64,000 bases of DNA from the NCBI GenBank assembly GCA_937996685.1, contig CALKUP010000002.1, forward strand, positions 177,066 through 241,065, given 5' to 3'. The DNA comes from an uncultured bacterium (lineage in GTDB: Bacteria > Patescibacteriota > Patescibacteriia > UBA9570 > XYC2-FULL-38-9). This document shows, one piece after another, positions 9,298 through 18,813 of the stretch. Position 1 is the stretch's first letter. Each line of letters opens with the position of its first letter. The position numbers and the translations under genes are program-made. The notes below the pieces were generated by a model, which searched no databases, was not told where the DNA came from, and saw only the letters and a program-made list of their open reading frames with translations.

Positions 9298-11109
9298 ATG
9301 TTCTCCCGCCCATTGGCACAAGTAGCGCTGACTGTTTTCTTTTTAGTGTGTATTATCGTGTCTTCTGTCTGGGCGTTTGGTGATCATTTGGCATTTGGTG
9401 CAACCGGAGACGATTCACCTGGGTATATTTATCTTGGTTCGTTAATTGCGCGTGGACAACCGATCGTGTGGCACGACGCGCTCGGAAAGCAAGCTTTGGA
9501 TTTTTTCGGTGATTATCGAATTGCGAGTTGGGTGTTGCCAACGCATCATGAGTTTATCCACCCTGATGGCATTATTGCATCAAAGTATCCAGTAGGCGCA
9601 TCACTGTTACTCGCACTTGGTGCATTCCTTTCATTACATCTTGGCGATGGTTCAACGCTTGGTATGTATGTTGTCCAGCCGGTGCTTGGTGGTCTCGTTG
9701 TGTTATTGACCTATCTGTTTGCAGTGATTGCATTGCCGCGTTTACCGCTTGCGCGACACGGCGTTGGTTTAGTGGCCGCTGGAATGCTGGCGACAACGGA
9801 TATTTTTTATGACACAGTGATCAGTTACCCGATGCGTGAATTGCCATCGATGGTGTTTTTGTTGTTGTCGGCAATTGTCTACATTCCGACAATTCGAGTA
9901 ATTAGCCGATCACGCGCTCAGGGCACCCCTGTGCTCACGTGGGGATATGCGGGACTTTTGTTGTTTGGTGTGCTGTTTGGTTTTGCCTGCACTGTGCGAG
10001 AAACATCGATTGTTATTTTGCCAGCATATATCGTATATGGGGTTGCGTTGACGTGGAGTGGTTCAGCTTCTGTAAAAGCACTTCTTGCATACGTGAAAAA
10101 ACAATGGGTGATTATCGCGTGTGTGTTGCTTGGTTGTATTATTGGAGTCTTGCCAATTGTGTGGGATTCAGTGCAAATTAGTACACAAAATGAACCGTTT
10201 AAAGAGCGCGACACCGGAAGTGTTGTCTTGTTGTCAAACATGAATCATTTGCAGACGGTGAGCTTAAAAAACATGTTTGAAAGCACTGGGCGATATCGTC
10301 CAGCAAATGGATCACTTGGTCAATATTGGAATGTGTTGTCTGATGTCTCATCAATTCCGTTTTTGCCAGTTTTGGTGTTTGTGATGACTGCCGGGGCTTT
10401 CTGGTTCGGCAATCGAGAAGAGCGCGCGGTCGCTGCATTGTGGGGGTTGTGGTTTGCCGGAACGCTGACAATGTTCGCGTTATGGATCAATCCGTATTCT
10501 CGGTATATCTTGCCGTTGCTGCCACCGTACTTTTTGCTATTTGCGACAGGTTTTGTGTTGTCTGTTCAAGGGCTCTATAAACAGGCGAGTGTGCAATTTC
10601 AATGCGCGCTGCTCATGCTTGGTCTCTTGGTTGTCGTTGGTTCACTCGTTGAGCCATTGCGATTGATGAAAATTGATCACGCCGTTGATGAATATCCGTC
10701 TCGAACAATTACGTATAATGACAGTGTATTGCTACAACAGATTGCTGACACTGTCACGCATGACAATACTGGACAGAAGGAGCCAATTGCGCTCTTTGCA
10801 GGTCCTGTGCGATTCGGTTTGTCAGAGGTTTTTATGGCGCAAACCGGCATTCGCAGTATGCGCTTGCCATTTGAAGAGGAAAAAGATCAACCAAATCCAG
10901 TACAAGTCCGGGATTTCCTTCGTCTATTATTGAATGATTCGCATTCATTATATGTTGTGTTGCCGGTCAATCAAACTACTGAGATTGTTCAGTTCCAAAA
11001 AGATTGGATTGCAGAAGGTGGTCGCTTGGAGGTATTGCAAGTTGGCGAGAAAAATGATATTGATTTTTCATTTGCCGAAGACACGACATTGATCCGTTTG
11101 AGTAATTAA
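9298..11109 (+). CDS. GT-C fold membrane glycosyltransferase (ArnT/PMT-like)
   Basis: DD pair after TM1, KYPVG, many TM helices, RYILPLLP; adjacent to the GT2 gene. Confidence 0.7.
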   Translation: MFSRPLAQVALTVFFLVCIIVSSVWAFGDHLAFGATGDDSPGYIYLGSLIARGQPIVWHDALGKQALDFFGDYRIASWVLPTHHEFIHPDGIIASKYPVGASLLLALGAFLSLHLGDGSTLGMYVVQPVLGGLVVLLTYLFAVIALPRLPLARHGVGLVAAGMLATTDIFYDTVISYPMRELPSMVFLLLSAIVYIPTIRVISRSRAQGTPVLTWGYAGLLLFGVLFGFACTVRETSIVILPAYIVYGVALTWSGSASVKALLAYVKKQWVIIACVLLGCIIGVLPIVWDSVQISTQNEPFKERDTGSVVLLSNMNHLQTVSLKNMFESTGRYRPANGSLGQYWNVLSDVSSIPFLPVLVFVMTAGAFWFGNREERAVAALWGLWFAGTLTMFALWINPYSRYILPLLPPYFLLFATGFVLSVQGLYKQASVQFQCALLMLGLLVVVGSLVEPLRLMKIDHAVDEYPSRTITYNDSVLLQQIADTVTHDNTGQKEPIALFAGPVRFGLSEVFMAQTGIRSMRLPFEEEKDQPNPVQVRDFLRLLLNDSHSLYVVLPVNQTTEIVQFQKDWIAEGGRLEVLQVGEKNDIDFSFAEDTTLIRLSN

Positions 11110-11118
11110 CATTTTTTT

Positions 11119-11787
11119 ATGACTCCCATTCATTCCGTTGCTGACATTATTCCATTTCAAAAAGCGCAAGATTCTGTTTTTGCAAAACTGATTAATCGTC
11201 GATTGTCTCGCGTCTTTTCATTTTGGTTATTAAAAGTTCGACCAACAATTTCACCATCAACCGTCAGTACATTGTCATTTATTGTGAGTGTTGCTGGGAT
11301 TGCGTTGTTTCTCTTACCGAATTATTATTGGCGACTTGTTGGGGTTGTGTTATTGCAGTCTGGTTTTGCACTTGATTGTTCAGATGGGGAAATTGCTCGA
11401 ATTCAAAACTCAATGAGTGCTTTTGGGGCGTGGCTCGATTCTGTATTTGATCGTTTCAAGGAAGTACTCATGATCGCAGCGCTCACGGCACAATGGTATT
11501 GGTATCACACGGAAGCAGTGTGGGTGATTGTGTTAGGCGCAGGCGCAATTATTTCATGGCAAGTGATCGGGTATTTGCGAGAGGCGAAAAAAAGCTCTTG
11601 GCCAACCAGTCGAACAGCTGAGTTGTTCATTAGTAAAAATATGTACGTCGGAACTGTTGATACAACGATTTACTTGGTGTGTTTCGCGGTTGTTATTCAA
11701 TATGAAGTGTTCGCTCTCTGGGTCTTTTTGCTCCTCGGTTTTCCATTGATTGCAAAACAATTACGTTCGGCATACCGAATGAAATAA
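11119..11787 (+). CDS. CDP-alcohol phosphatidyltransferase family protein
   Basis: Signature DCSDGEIAR...GAWLDSVFD. Confidence 0.9.
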   Translation: MTPIHSVADIIPFQKAQDSVFAKLINRRLSRVFSFWLLKVRPTISPSTVSTLSFIVSVAGIALFLLPNYYWRLVGVVLLQSGFALDCSDGEIARIQNSMSAFGAWLDSVFDRFKEVLMIAALTAQWYWYHTEAVWVIVLGAGAIISWQVIGYLREAKKSSWPTSRTAELFISKNMYVGTVDTTIYLVCFAVVIQYEVFALWVFLLLGFPLIAKQLRSAYRMK

Positions 11788-11814
11788 TGTGCGACTTCTT
11801 ATAAAGAAGACGTG

Positions 11815-12354
11815 CTATTGAATGATGTATTCGTAAATCGGGACTTGCGTGTCGGTGTCTCGATGTCTGACTGTGTGTTGTAGTCCAGGCATATGAAAGG
11901 TGTATGAAATAATGCGCGTGCCTGGCTTGCATTCCTTTTGTAATTTTGCGACAACCTTTCCATTTTTATTCGGCATGCCGTAAATGTAAATCACTGTCGC
12001 GTCAGATAGGTTTGTTGTATACAAATTCTTTAACCAAAAACGAGCACCGTGTGATTGTTTGATATATTTTTTCAGAACAGAGTAGCAAAACAAGACCGGT
12101 GAAATTTCAATTCCAGTTGCTGTCACGCCGTAAATGAGTCCAGCATTGGTTGTGACGATTCCTGTACCAGAGCCAAGTTCATAGAGAATATCACCTGATT
12201 TCAGATTAAGGATGTCCATGACGCGTTTGTGGTCTGATGGATACAACGGAACCCAGGGCGCGAGCGAAAGTCCGCCGATGCCAAAAAATCCTAATAATAT
12301 TACTAAAAGTGAAAAGCCGACGAGTAAGAGTATTGAAAGAAGTAGTGGATTCAT
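11815..12354 (-). CDS. Membrane-anchored class I SAM methyltransferase
   Basis: N-terminal TM, APWVP, YELGSGTG and GIEIS. Start moved to ATG at 12354. Confidence 0.8.
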   Translation of the reverse strand: MNPLLLSILLLVGFSLLVILLGFFGIGGLSLAPWVPLYPSDHKRVMDILNLKSGDILYELGSGTGIVTTNAGLIYGVTATGIEISPVLFCYSVLKKYIKQSHGARFWLKNLYTTNLSDATVIYIYGMPNKNGKVVAKLQKECKPGTRIISYTFHMPGLQHTVRHRDTDTQVPIYEYIIQ

Positions 12355-12415
12355 ATATACTTCAGTGTACCATATTTCAGTATTAAATCTATCAGAAGTA
12401 TCTGAATCTATCCTT

Positions 12416-13474
12416 ATGAATCGCGAAATTATTTCAACTCTTGACTCACAAAACATGCTCGGCTCTATTGAGGTGTTTGAAAAACAATGTCTTGAAGCGT
12501 GGGAATCAACAAAAAATACAGAACTACCAGACAGTTACAAGTCCGTAAAAAACATTGTGTTTGTTGGCATGGGAGGTAGTGCGCTTGGTATTGATGTTAT
12601 TCAAAAAGCGTTTGCTGATCAATTGCAGATTCCAATTACAGTGGTGAATGATTACCAGCTTCCAGCGTCAGTGAATGAAGATTCGCTTGTGATATTTTCG
12701 AGTTATTCCGGAACAACAGAAGAGGTGTTGCATGCATTTGATGAGCTTCGTGGTCGAACAAAGAATGTCTTTATTATTACAACCGGTGGTGATTTAGAAA
12801 AAATTGCCGCAGAGCAATCAATTCCGGCGTATATTTTTCACCCAACCTACAATCCAAGTAATCAGCCACGTATGGCGTCTGGATATTCTATCGCAGGCAC
12901 ATTAGGATTATTTGTGTCACTTGGTTTATTAAAAATCACTAATGCTGAAATGAATGATGTCGCGGCTTTTATTACGAGTCTTCACGGTCTGTTTGGCGCA
13001 GATGTTGCTAATGAAGAGAATGTTGCAAAGCAAACTGCAAAAAAACTCGTTGGCTCATTTCCGCTTTTTATTAGTTCTGAGTTTTTAGAAGGGGCTGTCC
13101 ATGTCGCGACAAATCAAATGAATGAAAATAGTAAAACAGCTGCCTTTCGTTTGCCTGTCCCAGAAATGAACCACCATTTTATTGAGGCATTTGTATTTCC
13201 AAAAGAACTATTGTCAAAAGTGCATGTGTTATTTTTTGAAAGTGCGTTGTATCACGACCGTATTCAAAAACGATATGCGGTCACCTCAGCGCTCGCACAA
13301 GACAAGGGTTTGCAGGTGAGTCATATTCAAATGCATGGAAGTACTCGTTTAATGCAGGTGTTTGAAGCCATTGTCTTTGGAAGTTATTTGTCATTTTATC
13401 TTGCAATGGAACTTGGTATCGATCCATCTCCGATTCCAAATGTCGATCATTTGAAAGATGCTTTAGCTGCATAA
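12416..13474 (+). CDS. Bifunctional phosphoglucose/phosphomannose isomerase
   Basis: GMGGS, SSYSGTTEE, QPR, NENSK and PEMNHH in double-SIS layout. Start moved to ATG at 12416. Confidence 0.88.
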   Translation: MNREIISTLDSQNMLGSIEVFEKQCLEAWESTKNTELPDSYKSVKNIVFVGMGGSALGIDVIQKAFADQLQIPITVVNDYQLPASVNEDSLVIFSSYSGTTEEVLHAFDELRGRTKNVFIITTGGDLEKIAAEQSIPAYIFHPTYNPSNQPRMASGYSIAGTLGLFVSLGLLKITNAEMNDVAAFITSLHGLFGADVANEENVAKQTAKKLVGSFPLFISSEFLEGAVHVATNQMNENSKTAAFRLPVPEMNHHFIEAFVFPKELLSKVHVLFFESALYHDRIQKRYAVTSALAQDKGLQVSHIQMHGSTRLMQVFEAIVFGSYLSFYLAMELGIDPSPIPNVDHLKDALAA

Positions 13475-13501
13475 TAGTCGCCTCTACAATAGGCGAATTC
13501 A

Positions 13502-13542
13502 GCGCCGTCAAAATTTTTCTCCACAGACGGCGCTTTTTTGCC
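13502..13542 (+). repeat. 41-bp hairpin repeat, copy 1
   Basis: GCGCCGTC-AAAATTTTTCTCCACA-GACGGCGC-TTTTTTGCC; 40/41 identical to the reverse complement of 31485..31525. Confidence 0.85.
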
Positions 13543-13747
13543 ATAGACGGCATCTCTCTTCGTGAGAGATAATTGTTTATAGAAACAACGCGTTTTTGTT
13601 TTATTGAAAATAGGTCATTCATTAGGCGCAGCGCCGTGGTCCACCCTCGACTGTGATTGCCTGATGAATGTCAGGTGTCATGAAGCGTGTAGGCGAATCG
13701 TCGCTTGTATTGCTGAATGGCAACACCGATGCAGAAAGTGGTGCTTC

Positions 13748-14761
13748 ATGCGATTCATGTGGCATGTGCTGGGATTTCTGCTGCTGTTCTCCGGCTGTTA
13801 CCATCCGCCGGATTTGCAGCTCGAAGAGGTTCCTGCTGGAGTTGAAGGAGCGGTCGAAGACGACACGGGTCAGGTCTATGACCAGGTGCCGCCGCCGATC
13901 ACCTACAACCTCCCGTTCATGAGCGGCGAGAGCTTTGTTGCTGGAACGTACGCCGGGCACGTTGCCTGGGACTTCAACAAGGCGGGAACGACTGGGAATC
14001 AGGATTGCGGTGAGCCGGTGATTGCGGTTGCGACTGGACGAGTCGAAGCGGTGAATACCGGTTGTCCGAATATCGCGGCTGGCTCTCCTGGTGCGAATAC
14101 CGGGTGTGGCGGCGGCCTCGGCAACTACGTGCGCGTTGATCACGACAGCGACAACGACGATATGATCTACGCGCATCTTCAGCAACTGAACGTCGTCAAC
14201 GGTCAGTGGATTGAAGAAGGGCAGGTGCTTGGGTTGCTCGGGACGTCCGGCAATTCATCTGCGTGCCACCTTCACTTCGAGATGCGCAACGGCAGCAACC
14301 AGGCGTACTTGCCACTGTTCATCTGGGACGGCGGTTCTGGCGGTTTGACTGACGGCGTGACGCGTCGCAGTATCAACCACCACGAAATTGACCTGGCGAA
14401 GGTGCGGCTTGGCATCGCCAATGTCGCGAACCAGACGACCACGACGGCAACGCGACTCAACAACGGCTTGGGGTACAAGCTCGAGTATCGCGGTGGCGCG
14501 TTTGGTGATTGTGCGATCTACTACGAAGCGTTGGGTTGTGTAGGCGGCAACTTCTGCCCGAGCTACAACAATACTAACTTTGCGTGGTTGACGCGCGGCG
14601 CCATTCGAGCGACGTACAATGCGATGGGTGCGACCGGTAGCTGGCTCGGATTTCCGACTGGAAACGAGTATGCGTGGAGCAATGGGCAGCGCCAGAACTT
14701 CCGCAACGGCTATCTGTACTGGAATCGTGGCACCGGCGTGACCACGGCTTTCAGTTACTGA
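13748..14761 (+). CDS. Lipoprotein M23 metallopeptidase with C-terminal LGFP-like repeat
   Basis: Lipobox LFSGC; HxxxD (HVAWD), YAHL and HLHFE; C-terminal WLGFPTGNE..QNFRNGYLYW. GC-rich; start moved to 13748. Confidence 0.85.
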   Translation: MRFMWHVLGFLLLFSGCYHPPDLQLEEVPAGVEGAVEDDTGQVYDQVPPPITYNLPFMSGESFVAGTYAGHVAWDFNKAGTTGNQDCGEPVIAVATGRVEAVNTGCPNIAAGSPGANTGCGGGLGNYVRVDHDSDNDDMIYAHLQQLNVVNGQWIEEGQVLGLLGTSGNSSACHLHFEMRNGSNQAYLPLFIWDGGSGGLTDGVTRRSINHHEIDLAKVRLGIANVANQTTTTATRLNNGLGYKLEYRGGAFGDCAIYYEALGCVGGNFCPSYNNTNFAWLTRGAIRATYNAMGATGSWLGFPTGNEYAWSNGQRQNFRNGYLYWNRGTGVTTAFSY

Positions 14762-14775
14762 GCATCGGTGTGCTT

Positions 14776-14820
14776 GTGGTGGCAGGGAAGAGGATTTCTT
14801 TTCTGTCACCACTCTATTTT
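14776..14820 (+). terminator. Intrinsic terminator after the M23 gene
   Basis: GTGGTGGCAGGGA pairs with TTTCTGTCACCAC, followed by a T-rich tail. Confidence 0.6.
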
Positions 14821-14869
14821 CTTTGGTGTATTATTGATATAATCATTCTATTATTTTTTATTTTCTTTT

Positions 14870-15547
14870 ATGAAAAAACAAACAGGAGGAGCGCTATTTA
14901 TTGGTATGATGAGCGCGGTTATTCTGACTGGAGCTACATGCACAGGTCCGGTTCATACAACCGGGTCATCAAGCTCTACGATAAAAAACACAGCTGTTGT
15001 TGAAGATGCTGCAGTAAAAACAGTGAAAACAACTTCAGGGAAGCTCACAATGAAGATTCCGAAAGAATGGACAGAAACAATAACGCAAAATGCTGTATCT
15101 ATTGTTGATTCAGATAACGAGGCCGTGAAACAGGGTAGCAGTGCAATTGATCCAAATGGTGTGACATTCACTGCGTCTATTCTTGATGTGTCTTCATCTG
15201 ATTATGCGCTTGGTGTGCAGAGGGCTCAAGGGGTGTATGCAACAGATCAACAGAAAGCAGATGATGAAAAAGCAGCCACAGATAGCGCAATGCCGCGACC
15301 AGTTGTGAAGAGTCTAGAAATTGCAACTATTGGGGGAAGTAAAGGATATGCATACCGTGTATACATTGAACCGAAAGAAACACCAGTGAATGAACTAAGT
15401 GATTATTTTGATGCAGTGGAGTATTATATTGAGTTGCCAGGAAAAAAGGTTTTGACGGTTTCTCAAAAAATTGGATACGGTACAGAGCATGATGTTTTGC
15501 AAACAAGATTAAAAACAGTAGTAGATTCAATTGCGGTTTCTCAGTAG
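14870..15547 (+). CDS. Exported/lipoprotein-like hypothetical protein
   Basis: Signal peptide ending LTGATC; soluble domain of unknown family. Confidence 0.7.
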   Translation: MKKQTGGALFIGMMSAVILTGATCTGPVHTTGSSSSTIKNTAVVEDAAVKTVKTTSGKLTMKIPKEWTETITQNAVSIVDSDNEAVKQGSSAIDPNGVTFTASILDVSSSDYALGVQRAQGVYATDQQKADDEKAATDSAMPRPVVKSLEIATIGGSKGYAYRVYIEPKETPVNELSDYFDAVEYYIELPGKKVLTVSQKIGYGTEHDVLQTRLKTVVDSIAVSQ

Positions 15548-15614
15548 TGTTGTTATTGCGTTGGATTTCGTATGCGGTTATACTAAGTCCATATTTTACA
15601 ATTTCATATTTCGT

Positions 15615-17045
15615 ATGACAAAACGTTCACTTCTTGTCGCGCTGGTATTTGCTGCGTGGCTTATTTTCCCGATGAGTACTTTTGCTGCCACTGATTCGCG
15701 CTTACCTGATTTAAATGTCTTTGATATGCGAGGCCACGGACGCACTACTGTACGACAAGAATCGTTTCGTGTCATGGATGGCAAGACAACGAATGGCGCG
15801 TCTGTTGCAATTGGAAATGTGACCGGTGATTCAAAAGAAGAAATTATCGTTGGAGCCGGTCCTGGTTCTGAGCCGTATGTGCAGGTCTATACCGCAAGCG
15901 GGAAGCGGATCGCGCAGTTTTTGGCATATGACCGTTCAATGAAAAAAGGTGTGCATGTGGCGGTTGGAAATGTGAATGCGAAAGGGTACGACGAAATCGT
16001 CACTGTTCCAGGAGAAGGCGCAGCGAGCTTGGTTCGGGTGTTTACAAGTCGTGGCAAAAAAACCATTACGAATGGATTTTATGCATTTCCGAAGACATTT
16101 ACTGGTGGCGCAACAATTGCTGTTGGAAATGTGACAGGGAGTACAAAAGCGGAAATTGTTGTCGGTAGCGGAATTGGAACAGAAGCGATTGTGCGGATTT
16201 TAAATGAAAAAGGAAAAACAGCGTATCGTACGCTCCATCCATTTGAGTCAACACATAAAGGAGGAGTGAGTGTTGCTGTAGCAAATATTGATGGTGGAGA
16301 GCAGGCAGAAATTGCGGTTGCAAAACGCTCTTTTGGTTCGCCTCAAGTGAAGACATATCGAGTGCATAAAAAAGAAGAAATTGCCGGTGACTTTTTCGCG
16401 TTTCCGCAAAGTTATCGAGGAGGTCTCAATCTTGCTGCTGCGGATGTTGACGATAATGGCTCTGAGGAGTTGATTGTGTTACCACGTCAAGACCGCACAG
16501 TATCCGCCCGTCTGTTTCGTGGAAACGGTAAAGCGGTAGGAAAAGGCTTTCAGGTCTATGAAAAACAATTTATTGGCGGTGGAATGGTTGCGGCTGGTAA
16601 TGTGGACGACGACGAAAAAATGGAAATTGTGACCGTCCCAGAAAAACGATTAGTGACTGGTCGTAGTGATTATTATAAATATATTGATGTTGATTTATCT
16701 GAGCAAAAATTACGCGCGTATCGTAATGGTGTGTTGGAAAAAGAATTCTTGGTTTCTACAGGCATCGATCGATACCCAACGCCAACTGGAACCTACCCAA
16801 TTCGTCGTAAGTTATTAAACAAAGACTATGAGTGGTCGTATGGTGAAAATCATCCAGATAATTATGACATCAAGGATGTTCCGTATAATTTGCAGTTTTT
16901 GCCAACATACTATCTCCATAATGCGTACTGGCATAATAATTTTGGACACAAAATGAGTCACGGATGCGTGAATATCAACCTAGAAAATTCAAAGTGGATT
17001 TATGAATGGGCAAATGTCGGTGATCCGGTCATTATCCATCAATAA
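15615..17045 (+). CDS. L,D-transpeptidase (YkuD) with FG-GAP-like repeats
   Basis: Signal peptide; repeated VAVGNVxGDxKxEIIV units; C-terminal IDVDLSEQ, VSTG, TPTG and LH...SHGCVN. Confidence 0.88.
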   Translation: MTKRSLLVALVFAAWLIFPMSTFAATDSRLPDLNVFDMRGHGRTTVRQESFRVMDGKTTNGASVAIGNVTGDSKEEIIVGAGPGSEPYVQVYTASGKRIAQFLAYDRSMKKGVHVAVGNVNAKGYDEIVTVPGEGAASLVRVFTSRGKKTITNGFYAFPKTFTGGATIAVGNVTGSTKAEIVVGSGIGTEAIVRILNEKGKTAYRTLHPFESTHKGGVSVAVANIDGGEQAEIAVAKRSFGSPQVKTYRVHKKEEIAGDFFAFPQSYRGGLNLAAADVDDNGSEELIVLPRQDRTVSARLFRGNGKAVGKGFQVYEKQFIGGGMVAAGNVDDDEKMEIVTVPEKRLVTGRSDYYKYIDVDLSEQKLRAYRNGVLEKEFLVSTGIDRYPTPTGTYPIRRKLLNKDYEWSYGENHPDNYDIKDVPYNLQFLPTYYLHNAYWHNNFGHKMSHGCVNINLENSKWIYEWANVGDPVIIHQ

Positions 17046-17102
17046 TCCAAATTATTTAGGTATTGTTTCAAAAATAAGCGATTTGCTGTATACTCTTGGG
17101 AT

Positions 17103-18812
17103 ATGACAAAAAAGACGAAATTGCGTATTACCGCACTATCCATTCTGCTGCTCGCTATTGGGGCTGGTTATCTAGCGTATCCAAAGGGACCTGCAATTAG
17201 CCTTGGTTCATTTCAACGCTCCGGAAATGTTCAACTTGGCCTTGATTTACAAGGTGGGGCGCAGTTGCTCTATCAAGCTGACATGTCAAATGTTCCAGAA
17301 GCTGATCGTACTGATTCATTAAATGGTGTGCGTGATGTTATTGAACAGCGCATTAATGCATTTGGTGTCGGCGAACCTGTAATTCAAACAGTTCGCTCGG
17401 GTAATGATTATCGCTTAAATGTTGAGCTGCCGGGTATTACAGATGTGACTGCTGCGGCGAAAAAAATTGGAGAAACCCCATTACTCGAATTTAAAACAGA
17501 AGGACCAGAAGTGGTGTATACAGAAGAGCAAAAAGCTGCAATTCGTAAACAAAACGATGAAAATAAAAAAACAGCCGAAGACGTATTAAAGCGTGTTCGT
17601 TCCGGTGAGTCATTTGATGATTTAGCGAAGCAATATTCACAAGACCCGGGATCAAAGGATGCGGGTGGTGATTTAGGTGAGGCACAAGAAGGAACCTATG
17701 TTGAGCCATTTAATGAAGTTGTTTTTAGTAAAGCAACCCCAGGCGAGGTCTATCCAGAGCTGGTTGAAACAACCTTTGGATATCATATTGTTCGGGTTGA
17801 TGAGCGCACTGAAGCTGCGACAAATGAAGTAGCTCCAGGAACTGACGCAACAAACACAGCGACAACCGAAGGAAAAAAAGCCAAGGTACATCACATTTTA
17901 CTGACAAAACAGTCTGAAGAGCCGGTGAGTACTGGTCCGAATTATGTTGCGACCAACTTGACTGGCAAACAACTTGATCGAGCATCGGTAGTTCTTGATC
18001 AAACAACAGGATTGCCAACAGTCTCATTGAATTTTGATTCAGAAGGTAAAGAGTTGTTTGCAAAAATTACAAAAGAAAACGTGAACAAAACAATTGCTAT
18101 TTACCTCGATGGGCAAATTTTGTCCGCGCCAACAGTGCAGCAAGAAATCTCAACGGGGCAGGCGATTATTTCTGGTAGCTTCTCACTTGATGAAGCCAAG
18201 CAATTAACACAGCGCTTGAATGCTGGTGCGCTACCTGTGCCAGTGTCGCTGATTAGTCAGCAGCAAGTCGGGCCAACACTGGGTCAAGAATCGATTGAAC
18301 GAAGCTTATTTGCTGGGGTTGTTGGTTTAATCGCGCTCGGTATTTTTATGATCGTCTATTATCGATTGCCAGGGCTTATTGCGATGGTTGCGTTAGTGTT
18401 GTATTCCATTCTTGTGCTTGTGGTGTTTAAATTAGTTCCAGTGACTCTCACCCTTGCTGGTATTGCTGGTTTTGTCTTGTCTATCGGAATGGCGGTTGAT
18501 GCCAATGTCTTGATTTTTGAGCGCATGAAAGAAGAGTTGCATCGCGGTAAAACAGTCAAGCAAGCAATTGACGACGGATTTGATCGAGCATGGCTGTCTA
18601 TTCGTGATTCCAATGCATCTTCTTTAATGACCTGCTTGATTTTATACTGGTTCGGTTCATCGATTATTCGCGGCTTTGCGATCACTCTTGCAATTGGTGT
18701 CCTTGTCTCAATGTTTACAGCAGTGAATATTTCTCGAACTCTCTTAAAATTATTGCCAGTGAAAAATTCTTGGTGGTTTGGTGTCGCTCCTTTCAATAAC
18801 GAAAATGACTAA
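17103..18812 (+). CDS. secD: Protein translocase subunit SecD with inserted parvulin PPIase domain
   Basis: LGLDLQGG, AIYLD, GALPV, GPTLG and GMAVDANVLIFER; insertion FDDLAKQYSQDPGS..GGDLG..FGYHIV. Confidence 0.95.
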   Translation: MTKKTKLRITALSILLLAIGAGYLAYPKGPAISLGSFQRSGNVQLGLDLQGGAQLLYQADMSNVPEADRTDSLNGVRDVIEQRINAFGVGEPVIQTVRSGNDYRLNVELPGITDVTAAAKKIGETPLLEFKTEGPEVVYTEEQKAAIRKQNDENKKTAEDVLKRVRSGESFDDLAKQYSQDPGSKDAGGDLGEAQEGTYVEPFNEVVFSKATPGEVYPELVETTFGYHIVRVDERTEAATNEVAPGTDATNTATTEGKKAKVHHILLTKQSEEPVSTGPNYVATNLTGKQLDRASVVLDQTTGLPTVSLNFDSEGKELFAKITKENVNKTIAIYLDGQILSAPTVQQEISTGQAIISGSFSLDEAKQLTQRLNAGALPVPVSLISQQQVGPTLGQESIERSLFAGVVGLIALGIFMIVYYRLPGLIAMVALVLYSILVLVVFKLVPVTLTLAGIAGFVLSIGMAVDANVLIFERMKEELHRGKTVKQAIDDGFDRAWLSIRDSNASSLMTCLILYWFGSSIIRGFAITLAIGVLVSMFTAVNISRTLLKLLPVKNSWWFGVAPFNNEND

Positions 18813-18813
18813 T

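Noticed and set aside
13502-13542. 41-bp repeat as a CRISPR repeat or integron attC site
   Set aside because: Only two distant copies, no spacers or cas genes, no RYYYAAC/GTTRRRY ends and no integrase.
13661-13686. CTGATGA upstream of M23 as a second hammerhead
   Set aside because: Followed by GAAG rather than GAAA, stem II is poor, and the motif is tied up in a local CCTGA/TCAGG hairpin.
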